The notes under the pieces are model-generated. The model did no database searches, was not told where the DNA came from, and saw only the letters and a list, made by a program, of their open reading frames with translations. A stretch of 64,000 nt of DNA from Balanoglossus misakiensis (lineage: Eukaryota; Animalia; Hemichordata): positions 17,429,912 through 17,493,911 of the forward strand of contig CM082578.2 of the NCBI GenBank assembly GCA_040954595.2. The letters are read 5' to 3'. Positions 1-11,500 of this stretch are shown here, piece after piece (within the stretch, counting starts at the first letter, position 1; each line of letters starts with the position of its first letter). Both the position numbers and the translations under genes were made by a program.

Positions 1-887
1 TAAAGCCTCCAGGAAAATAAAGAGCGTTTAAATTAAAGGAATAGTCTCCGACAAGTCTGCCTTGAACACGATGTTCGATCATTAATCCACGTCAGTCACC
101 AGCATTTCTGCTGTGTACTGTCAACTCTTAATTGTCTCGTCCGCTGATATTTTTGCTCAACATAAGCACGGTATATGGCTCGGAAGCGCAACGCAGCATG
201 ACATAGTTTCATAAAACGTATCGGATTAATCGTGACGTGAAGATCGGGCGACTAATTTGTCATGATGCAAAGATTACCTAATGACAGTGAATGTTGGAAG
301 TCGTATGATCCCACATTGGCTCCCCAAATAAGCCATACAGAAGAAAACCTGGTCGCCACAATCTAGTCCAACCTTCTCCTGTTATTTATCATCTTTGAAT
401 GGCTTGCTCTGCAAGTAAAAATCAAATTATTCATCCTCCCTCTCCTTCACAGCAAAAGCAACAGATTTACTTCAAAGTCTTAAAAAGTACTCAAAACACA
501 ACCAGCCAATTGAGTATGAAGTCCGTCTGATCTGCATCTACGTTGCCATGGTGATGCCCACTTTGAATTTACGTCCGAGCTTAATATGGAGCCTGTCGGT
601 GATTTTGGATTTAAAAATGCACAAATTCATGAGCGTTTCCTAAGGGGGCAGTTTCGTTTCTCACGTGCGCGTTTTTATTACCCACGGCCCTAATGACCCC
701 CCCCCCTCCTAGACGGGACCGTCAGAGATTTGGCGCGGCCTCCCGACTCCAGCCCCAGTCTGATGCCACCCCTCCCCCCCCCCCACACACAATCAAACAC
801 AAGTACCTAACAATGTCATCTTTGGTTATTTTGTCTTTTCTCTTTTACAGTTGAAGAATTCTAGCAAGCGAAGTTTTACAGAACACA

Positions 888-2277
888 ATGGCAAGGTGTA
901 GATACAGACAACTCACGCAAGCAAACGGTCTTTTTGTTTACGTGTTCCTTGTGTCATGCATGCTGATCAATCTCTCAGATGCAGAAACTTTAGAAGGCGG
1001 TGAGATGGAAGAATATAAAAGCAAAGACGTCAATTTACTTTTAGGTATGTCGTTTTTTACACTCAACATGTGCTTTTTGTTCCATTCAGACTGCTTTGAC
1101 ATCAATCCTGACATGGCCACACGAACCTAAAAGCTTTTAATAATGGACGAACCATCTATCCCATGCAGTATATTTCCCCGTTGTCCTGGAAACGTGTTGC
1201 TTTTTAAACATCGGTACTGCGTGTCGGAAAATATGAATCGATATCCCCGACAACGCGGAATCATGAAGACGAACACTGGAATTTGCAAATACGGGGCAAA
1301 ATTGCGGAGTAAGGCATCAGATAGATTCGACCCGACACACAGAGCAGTAAAACAAATCAGGCAGACATTACACCGACATGCCGGAAATATCAGGCCGACA
1401 CGAAACGACAATGCAATTAATGAACTCAATTTTACGATTGGTTGACAAACGATCTCTGTACTGCAGTGCCATGCTCTATGTTCGTCTCTAACATCGAATA
1501 ATGCATCTGGTTTCGATTTATATTCTTCTCCAAATCGACTCCTCGGAATCTTGTTGGAGATTCACATCACGAGTCCTAATGTATGGTAATAACACAATTA
1601 AAAATCAATCGAGTGTTCCCTGATAGTAATATTAACCAATGTAATTGCTAGAGGAATTCACTGAAATAACCTAAAGTAACTATTATCCCCGTGACTTCAA
1701 TCAATGTTTTAACCTCTTCGCCCGCAGATAATATCTCCCGGCTACGTTAAATGCACAGGGATAGCCGATCCTATTCCGACTGTTTTGAATAGTTTGCGTA
1801 TGGAAACGATTTGTGATGATAATGTTTACTGTTTAATCTTGTATTTGTCTTGGCTCGCAAGTCCCTGCACGTACGATGTCAGTGTTTAATTTAGATCGTG
1901 TTGGCTGTATACTAAAAAGAAATTCCGCGTTTGTTGTTTTTATTTCAGACACCCTTCTAGAAAAGCCCAACCCAGGTCTCGTTGACAACGAGATACCAAT
2001 TGGCGAGCTCACAGAAGAAGAGAAAAGACAGTTCCTTAGCAGCAGCGGCTACGGCAAGAGGCAGTTCCTTGGTAACAGCTACCCGGGAAAGAGACAGTTC
2101 TTGAGCAGCGCCTTTGGAAAACGCGACTCCAGCGGCCAGTTCTTCAGCGGAAAGAGGGACCCCCAGTTTTTCAACGGAAAACGCGATCCCCAATTTTTCA
2201 ACGGCAAACGCGACGCCCAACCAGTGTACTCGCGGTATGAAGGCAAACGCACGCCTCAGTTCTTCAACGGCAAGTAG
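888..2277 (+). CDS. Secreted neuropeptide precursor (161 aa, 8 predicted amidated peptides; possibly TRH/EFLGamide-type)
   Basis: Coding exons are 888-1044 and 1949-2277, joined by a phase-1 intron (G|gtatgt ... tatttcag|AC gives Asp). The signal peptide is LFVYVFLVSCMLINLSDA, followed by an acidic spacer. Then come KR-QFLSSSGYG-KR-QFLGNSYPG-KR-QFLSSAFG-KR-DSSGQFFSG-KR-DPQFFNG-KR-DPQFFNG-KR-DAQPVYSRYEG-KR-TPQFFNG-K-stop. A strong acceptor (tcttttacag, ending at 850) implies an upstream non-coding exon. Neuropeptide nature is high confidence; the family call is tentative. Confidence 0.9.
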
Positions 2278-5200
2278 CTCCGCGGTCCAGTGTAATGGCG
2301 AAATTGTGTACAGAAAATTATCCTATCAAAGAAAAAAACTGTAAAGCAGGTCGCATTCTAGAGGGGGAAATGTAGTGGTTCATTTGACACACGTGATTAA
2401 CATTTATCAGGAAGATATGTTTAGATTTGATATATCGTTGTTTTATAATGTAAACGAGTAAGCTTATAGTTTTGTGTTAGCTTAAATTTGTTGAAATTTA
2501 CGTTGCAATGTTTTTGGAAGAGACCGCGGCATAACCACATACATACAAATTAATGCAATGTAACATAACATAAAGCGTTAGATTTGTTCAGCTAAACACA
2601 GAATTTATAAATAAATCGGTTCCTGTCAAAAGACAATCGATGGTTTTATTTTGTATGCACGTGACGTCCACGTGGTTTCTGTCTTTCATAATCACGTGAC
2701 TGGGAGAAGTTTCTATATTTTGCAGTCTAGCTGTACAAACCAAGTTGGCATTAAAGGAAAGTGCTGACGTAGCGCCAAATGACAAATACTGTCTGTGCTT
2801 CCTCTTGTTGCTATGGTTTCCGGCAGACACGATCACTCATCTCTAACCTAACCTACAATGATATTTCCTTGGGATATGAACAAAATGTGTTTTATGTGTT
2901 CTTTTACGGACGTTTTAAGAGTAACTCTTCCTGCACGCCCCTAGCCACCTCGGCGTTTTAAACATATTTCAATCCAAAGATGCGAAATAAAGTTGTTCCC
3001 ACTCTAATCACAGACACACCATTACCAGACTGTACAGGGTGCATCATTGTTATAATGTTCAATATTTAAATGATAAACACACTAGCTTCTATTATAATGC
3101 AGTATATGAAACAATAAATCTGAATTTCCAATTTCTTGAATAAATGCGAAACCAGACATCGCATCAAACAAAAATCAGCCAAGCTCTGAAACCACATCTC
3201 TATGGTTACCATCGCGTTGACAACATTAATATCAGATTTCACTCACGACATAGATATCGTCGACCAGACAGCCGAACAAAATAGTCTCACCCGCAAAGAA
3301 AAAATATACAGTTATACTCTACTTTGCTAATTTATGTTGAAAGTCAGTATTGTACGATAACAGAAGACAACTTGATGTGGGTTGTTACTCGCTGAATGAT
3401 GACAAGAAAACGCTCACATTTTTTGACAGTTATGACGAATGTAATCTCTCGGGGTTTTTCAGTCAGTTAACACACAATCCTAAAGTAAGAAATGAAAATC
3501 ACTCTGTTCTATCTTATGCAAAGCGAACAATTCAGCATAACGAATGACCCCCGTTTACCATTTTCCTCGCCAACTCTCAGAGGAATGCCAGACGCTAAAT
3601 CTGAGAAATCTGTCTCTTTCGGTGAGAACTCTGGGTTAAAGGTATATGGTCTCATCTAATTTACATATCCCTATACATGTTCAGGTCTAAGACTTCGAAT
3701 GACATGTGATAGCGCTCTGAAAATTTATGATTGGCTATATTAGGATTTTCCATTTGGTATCAGTGGTTCAGCCTAAAAATTGCATAAAACTAATTCGATT
3801 GAATCCCACATTCTCCACCTTCGAACAACAGTGATCAAAACAAATTATGTTTCCAAAGCTAGACTTCCAGACATATTGTTGAAATGTATTAAGCTCAGTT
3901 AGCGGTAACTTTTTGTTCTGTGTGCCGAATGTATGTCTCCCGCAACAGGGCCTTCAGCTAGCGTCCTTGTAAACTAACCGAACCGACGATGCAATTCGCT
4001 GTAATGTAACGAAGAACTGCAAAGACGTTTTGATGAACGAACGTACAAAGCAAGATTCGAATAACCGAGAGCTACGAGACTTTCTAGGGCTTCTGCGCTA
4101 ATCAACCCCAGGCCTAATCTTCGTCAGCGAAAAAAGGAAATAATCAACGCGCTGGCATCATCGTGTTGAAAATGTCAATTCCTGGCACAAGTGCTGTATG
4201 ATAGAGAACGGGCAATTATTTTCATGCGCGATATTGCATCGTTGCGCGCTCAATAAAACTACTTGATCACGTGCTCTTAGAAAACGAACATTTTATGAGT
4301 ACCCCCGTAATTATGTCCAAATCCTCAAAATCAATCATGAGTTTTGTCTGGGTCATTTTACAAATCATTGTATATTTACAAGAGGTATACGCTCATTTGT
4401 CAAGGCTGGAGGCGCGTGTGTGATATTGTGAGAACACTCATATTGGCCTATCATGGAACGTTGTAATTGTTGAAGCCTTCTGCAAAAGAGAAAAAAACAC
4501 ACACAGGGTTCTCTTCGCCGCCAGTCTTAAAGAATCAATGCCAAGGATAGGGACAGTTTCGGATCAGTCGGCTCTTCCACCTAGTACTGTTCCCCATCTT
4601 TGGCGGCGGAGATTGTGAAGTACATCACAGCCAGCCGTCGCGCAGAAAGTGGGGGGGGGGGTCACTTATCCTCACACAGTCGATGATCTCGTGAATTTAT
4701 GGTGTCTAACAGGCCTGGGTGCCTAAATTGCCAAAGCTGACGTTTAGAAAAGTTAAAGCGTCATACCACAACGACGTAGGCGGTGATGGTTGACCTGACA
4801 GGCCTTTGCTTCTAATAGTCTTTTGAAAACTAAATATTACTTATGAGCACAGTCCCTCTGCTCTAAGTTCTTTGATGTTGTTTGAAAGGGCGCATATTAT
4901 CCGTTTTGATGAAACGCCTAGTAATTCAAAGAGCTATTATTCGACGAGAATGAACTGCACATTAAAAATTTATTCTGCAGCAAAATATGAGGTCCGTACA
5001 GCCCCCAGGGAAGCAATGACAGTCACGTCATCAAAAGATATTTAAAAAAACTCCAGACACCACGTGACCATAGTGACAAAGAATTAGACTGACAACCAAC
5101 CGGTTCTTGGTATTCAGCAGAGCCTTACGTCATCAATCCAGTTGAAAGGTTGAGACCCAATCAGAATAAAGTACAAAGTGAACGCAACGGTTTTCCGTTA

Positions 5201-5852
5201 CCTTGGCATGCAGTGTAACTGCGTTTGGAGTTCAGACTCCTGCCCATATACTAGTAATCACCATCAACTGATGGTGTACTTTAAGCCTCCAGTGTGTCAC
5301 AGAAACATTGCGCTTTAGTATTTGTTCACGTTGAATGTACATGTGCATTTGTACTTGAAAACGTAGAGGGCCATCATATTGTTCCGCTCTCTACTTGTGA
5401 TAAAGGACATTTATTTTTAGCGCAAGCATTGCTAGCTTATATAACGGTGTTCGAATTTTAGAGCTGACCAATCGTGGTGTATATACTAGTAGTATTATGT
5501 CCGATTTTGTTGTTCTGCAACCGCGGTCAATTTTGTACGCTAGGACAACATTAACCTCGTCTAGTCCCTGTGTTTTCGCGGGGGAAGTCCCTCAACGATA
5601 GATAGCATCCATCTTATGCAAATTTTAACACATACATGACATTATCTAGATATCGCCCTGCACAAGAGAAAATCCCAGACACAGGACATACAAAAGAACT
5701 CTTGTTCTCCTGAACAAGATAGTGTGACGAATGGCGTTCCTGAGGGGTTTTGCATATGTCATGGATTTTCGGGAGGGGGGGGGGGGGGGTAATGAACTAT
5801 AATCGTGCCACGTTATCAGTAAAATAACAGCGTGGTGTACATGTATGCTTAC

Positions 5853-6223
5853 CTGTTGCTCAGTGGATCGAACTGCGGCCATGGAAGTTTCTTTCGCATA
5901 GTCCTGCAAATTTTCCCGGAGAGGTTCTTCAAAATCCTGGCACAACAAGGCAGCCTCAACATGTATTTTCTGCTTCACTTCTTAACGTGTTTTGGGTCAT
6001 GAAAACGTCAATATTATCCGACACGATGCGTTCCCCGTGAAAATGGTGACACGAATGAAGAGGCGCGCACGTGATTTGTGAAAGCACCTGGTGAAGCCAT
6101 ACATTGGGCGTGGTTACTCTCAACCAATGGAAATCTCTATTCACAGCTGTACACGTTCCAACAGCTGTGCACGTTCCAATCGCTAATTGGCCGAAAGGAA
6201 AGCATTGTCTGCCTCATGATTGG
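5853..6223 (-). other. Candidate promoter and first exon of an unidentified minus-strand transcript
   Basis: A consensus donor CAG|GTAAGC sits at 5853/5852, preceded by ATG GCC GCA GTT CGA TCC ACT GAG CAA CAG (MAAVRSTEQQ). Upstream are GGGCGTGG, several CCAAT/ATTGG and CACGTG motifs at 6063-6223. No downstream exon was found. Confidence 0.3.
6143..6178. repeat. 18-bp tandem duplication (two copies)
   Basis: ACAGCTGTACACGTTCCA followed by ACAGCTGTGCACGTTCCA, each containing a CAGCTG E-box. Confidence 0.85.
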
Positions 6224-7281
6224 TCATGTTTTACACTAGGTGTTGTTGATGTGATGTATCTGAATGTGATAATGTGACCGTGTCGTGCAATCGTTCAGAT
6301 TTTGAACAACACGAAAGCCGCAGGCCCGAGCCTGATCGACTGCCCTCCACACGTGTATTACAATGTACATAATATTCATTCAGAAAAGGCCGAATATCAG
6401 AACAAGCCGTCAAGTATATCATTATCAACATAGGTCATCTTTGTGATCGATGTTCAATAAAGTGTTCAATCTGTGCCAACATATTCAAGGAAAAATCAAT
6501 TCCCTCAAGTTTTCTTGGAAGCAAAAAGGCCCTAAGATACACAGAGCACATGACTCTTTTCGAACAAACCAAACTGTGCGGGCGGTATTCAGATAAAATC
6601 TCGAAACTTCTAAATTGTTTTTCATCCATCCATCCATGGTATGAAATCGAAAGTTTTGAGCGCCCTCATGAGGGCAAGTGATAAAAGTAACAAATTGTCC
6701 TTAAAACTTGGTCTCAAAAGGGAGGTATGACACAGCTGTGAATTATACCATGGTCTACTTACACAAGAGAGAACAAGCTTTGACTCAAGATCACAACACA
6801 ACTTAAGCAAGTCACCAGGGTGAAATTGGAGCTTTAACAGCGACAGTGCAGTCAACTTCACCTTGAACTCCTGCCAAACCGAAGAAGCGATTGCAGAGAT
6901 ATTTTGTATGATAGAATTTTGCCACATCTCAGCCGACCAATCAAATAAGTTCCGATAGACGTTCTTTTCAGTTTGCCTTGTTAACATTTATCACACTAAT
7001 AAGTCCTTATATGTTTTTTCTTGCGAACGGAAGACAAGGTTTTCGCCCTGAAGCATTTTCTGTAATGAACTACAGCATTTTTACAAACTGGCCTTGAGAC
7101 ATTTCTCTTGCCGCAAGCACCGACGCGACCGTACCGCGTGTAGTTGTAAATAAACCGCTCTCCGGTGTATCGTTAGTATGAATCGTAAAAATGTCAACGT
7201 AACAAATATATACGCATAACAAATATCAATGAAGAATGGCTCGCCACAAAACATCAATAGAATAAATAACCAGAGTCAACC

Positions 7282-7287
7282 TTTATT
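7282..7287 (-). terminator. Probable Wnt2 polyadenylation signal
   Basis: AATAAA on the minus strand (tttatt) at the end of an AT-rich stretch about 1.2 kb after the Wnt2 stop. Confidence 0.4.
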
Positions 7288-8516
7288 GAATATTATATTA
7301 AGTAAAAAATGTTCTTGTAAATTTCATGTTTTTTTATCTACTTCAAAACAAACAATTTATAATATGTCATGTTTCAAAATATGACTTCTAAATGCAACCA
7401 TTTACATCGTTTATAGAAACATTAGCTGTTATAAATATTATGGCTTGGGTATACTGAAAACATTATCTATCAGTGAAAATTTGGAAAAGTTAAGGGAAGT
7501 TGATATAAGTTTTTACGTTTTGGTCAGTTTGTTTTATTGCCTGTTTTGATATGTACATTGTACGTCCGTTTCAGACATTGAAGGCACATATAACTTAATT
7601 CTGCATGTCTCCAAAGTCTCTGTGGATCTAAAATTGAATACTTTGCCCGTTCTTGCTCTAGTGTGTTTGACAGTGACATTTTATACACATATTGAGTGGC
7701 CATGACCGTGCCAGCATACACCTCATTTATCCGGGGGAATGCTAGTCTGTTTTCCCGAGGAGAAGGCTGGGGGATACAGACCATCTAGGGGTAACCCCTC
7801 GGGGTGACTCGCAGGCCCGAGGGGAGACAGCTGTCATGCTGTTTCTCGTCCATGACCAGTCAACATCATCCGATATTCCATAGGAATATAAACTATTGTC
7901 CTTGGATTTTGACCTTAGACCGATCTGTTTTCAAATTTGTCGACCTTAAAACTGCGGGATGACAATATCATGCATTTTTCAGGACGGGCTTTTCTTGTCG
8001 ATAGTCCTGGTCCCTTTTTGTTTGTTTGTTTGCTTGTTTTTTTTTATTTATTCGTTCGTTTTATTGTTTGTTTGGGAGACCATGAACGTGGAAACGTTGA
8101 AAACCGAGATGGCCTTTGATCTGTGTGTACTTTTCATGCGAAGAATGTTAGAGTGGTCATTTTTGTACACATACAAAAATATATCAAATATCTTTCATAA
8201 ATGGTTTCCACTAAAATAACAAAATATATAAGATTCTCGGTATGATCCATCTCAGAGCATAAGATGTGCTCCGCGCTAACCCTTATCATGTGCCGTGGCT
8301 ACGTATATACAAAAGAGAGTAAGAGAATGTTTTTGACATTGAGGGGAGAAAAAACGCTTGACACAATAACTTCTGATGGTCTTTGAGACGTGAAGAATAG
8401 TTTAAAGTTTGAAGAAATTCACAATTTCTCCGTTCCAATCCTATCATAACGTTGGAATGCTATATAAAAGAGAGTACAACATCGCTCAGTCAGAGTTCCA
8501 CCACAGAGGGCGTGGT

Positions 8517-11500
8517 TCATGTATTTAGTCGGTCCCGGCGGCCTCCCCTGCCACCGTTGTTGTCAGGATTGATCTGTGACGTGTCCGCGGCCACGTCTGT
8601 TTCCGCCAATAGTGGACCTATTCCCGATCTGGGAGACTTGCACGTGTGTACGTCGAGGACTTCAGTGCACTCCCGACACTTGACGTAGCAACACCAGTGA
8701 AATTTGCATTCGCATTTTGACGTCCTTTTCTCGCGTGTTGTGTCGTAGCCTCGTCCGCAGCACATAATATCACAACCGTCAGTGCCCATGGAGGTTTTAT
8801 TGCAGAAGCGACCGGCTGTTCCTAGCGAACCTGTGACGAAGACAAATGCAAATTTTACTTGTCGAAGTTTCTAGAACACTTGACGCCAATCAAAACGCTA
8901 TGGTGATATCGCTCCCTGTTGACTCAATTCTGTCACAATTTTCTTACTTTTGCGCAATTTTATTCTGATATTGAACTTTCAAAACAACGGCTGATATAAA
9001 GTCCACCGAGGATAGAAGTAAGGAGTCGCCTTCCAACTCACCTGTGTTTTCATCGCCGACGCAATAGTCAGGCGACGGTTCAAAGTAAACCATGTCACTC
9101 TTGGTGGGTCTCTTGTGGTTCTTGTCGGCGACGATCAAACCAGTCCCGGCCTGGTTCATCATGACCTCGGTGGCGCCATTGTACTTCTGGCGGAGGTAGT
9201 CGCCCACTTTGCGGAACTCCTCCATGGCCGACCAGCACGTGCGGATAGTGCAGGCCCCGCTGACGCCGTGACACTTGCATTCCAGTTTCAGGTTTTTCTG
9301 CACAGCCTGGAGAAAATAACAGAAGTGGTTTGGTGAATGAGATTCTACCGCCCGTTATTGGCCATTTAGTTTAACAACGTTATCGAGGAAGCACTCCCTA
9401 TCTCAGAATGATGGCACCTGCATCGTTCGCGCTATAACCACGTATAGCAATGCGAAGCGTCCCGCTTCAACACAATTGCACGTGGGCGGATTGATCTGTA
9501 AGGTAAAATGCCTTAAGACAATGACACTTGGGTCGTGCTACTGGTGAAATGCGAACTTATGAATGTACCATGCACCCAACTAACGTCATCACATAATGAC
9601 AAGCAGGCATTGAGTACATATATATAGGCAATGGATCCCACAAATCCCACAAGTATCGATATCAACATCCACACCCTCGGAGAGACAACAAAAGCGGCAA
9701 AAACAGACATTTTACGATACACGGCGTATGGTATTTTACAAAGCACCTCCACGCAGTCGAGTATTTGACGACGGAAATCCATATGTACGGCCTTAATGAA
9801 AGATATTTTATTTACAAAAAAGGAAATAAATGCAAGACATAATCATTGGGGAGATACTTGGCGGCATCGTTTAATGTAAACTGAAAGGCCAACAATGGTA
9901 AACACATTGAAAGGCAGAACCTACGTATGGTTGCCATCGTTCAGCGCACTACCACATCTTTCGTTGAACGACTCCTTTAGTCCGCCATTTTCTTTTCACC
10001 TGGATGCCTCGCTCATTATACTTCACTCTCCAATTTTTTATATCCCTGGTAACTCGGCAACTTTACAGTTGATATAACTGGAATTTCTAATTTTTCTTGG
10101 CCCTAGAAAACATGTACACACTATTTTCAGCAACCTTAAGTTATTGTTCGGGCGTTTACATGGAAACAAGACTACGCTCCCCCCCCCCCCCCTCTCTCTC
10201 ATAATCCTCAGTGTTTACATGTCTGGGAAATTTTTAGCTGTAGTCTTTGTGCAAATGCTACCGCTTGTTTTAAATTGTACTCTGAAATTATCGGTGCACG
10301 GAATGAGGGAAATGAAACTGAAAATTAGCATGAACAAAATACTACCGAGACGTCGGTATCATATCGTCTCTGTGAGTGATATCTTCCTTAGAAAATTCCA
10401 CGCCGTCAGTCATTCAAATAGTAAACACGTAAATAAATGATGAAGCTAATTGTTCGAGTAACAAGAATTGATTTTCTCTTGAAAAAGAGTTTAAACGCAA
10501 CCGTTTCGATAAAGGCATTTTACATACATGTTTTTCTGTGGATTTTTGTTATAAAGCAGCTCTCCATCTCGAATTTAATTGTTTGTCTAGAATTCCGAAT
10601 CAACTTCAATCGTCAGCGATAGCATATGCATGATGCAACGACAAAACAAACGCTGCGGTTTTTCACAAATTTGAGAGCACCTAAACAAAAGCTAACAGTG
10701 AAATGCAGAGAGGAAAATATTCAAAGACTGTGACGAGTCGCGGTTTCCGTTCCCTTGAGATCCGATGGCGGTAGACGACGACTATTGATCTAAAATGTCA
10801 GTCTGAGAAAACGCCTCTCGGCAACAAGCAAGTTAGTGGTATTTTTGCCTGCAACGTATTCTGAAACAGTGACCTTTTGGTCCTGCGATAAAATCTTGGA
10901 GGAACCAATTTGGCGGACAAGTTCACATTTCTACTGAAGAGTCTACGTGTAGATTGCGGTTAATAATGACAAATTGGATAAAACTGACCAATTAGCTTCA
11001 TTTCACGAATGCAAAAAGTGACACTTCAATCAATTAGTTGGCCCTGTCATTATTTCCCTCCCACTTTTAATTGTGACATAAACAAGAACGGCATGATAAG
11101 TAAATAATCATCGGATTTCTACCCGGTAGCGAACAAAACATCGCCAATGGCAAGAACAGTTAATTACGGAGCGAGATTTCTCAGGAAGATGAAAGGTCAC
11201 CAAGCACCACATGTGTATGTAGCAGTATCAGGTATGCCGGGGTATTTTTTTTCTTACGGTAGGTTCCAATCGCAAGAAATCTCTCCAAAATATTCAAATG
11301 AATTTAACCCCCATCCCCACCCCACTCCACACACGCGCGCGAGAAACCTATAAAGCGGGGCATGGCGTCTCGCGAGAAGACATATTTCTTTCATTTCAAG
11401 TGATGTTCAGTAGTCCTGGAAATATTTTCGCGATGGTCCAGGCTTTTCGATGATCGACGTGGCTTTCGTGTAACCCAATCGTGACTTTGAAACTGTCTGT

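Noticed and set aside
1876-1948. N-terminus of the 133-aa ORF (MSVFNLD...)
   Set aside because: It is intronic and runs through the polypyrimidine tract and acceptor at 1947-1948. The real start is at 888.
1949-2277. NG-peptide (NGFFFa/NGFWNa, neuropeptide-S family) call for the FFNG-containing precursor
   Set aside because: NG is C-terminal here, with Gly as amide donor, rather than N-terminal. There is also no Cys-rich neurophysin domain.
1949-2277. Tachykinin call (QFF resembles substance P)
   Set aside because: The peptides lack the FxGLM/GLF/FxGxR-amide C-terminus.
6231-6987. Chain of minus-strand ORFs as a gene or transposase remnant
   Set aside because: No recognisable domain, no consistent splice structure and no terminal repeats.
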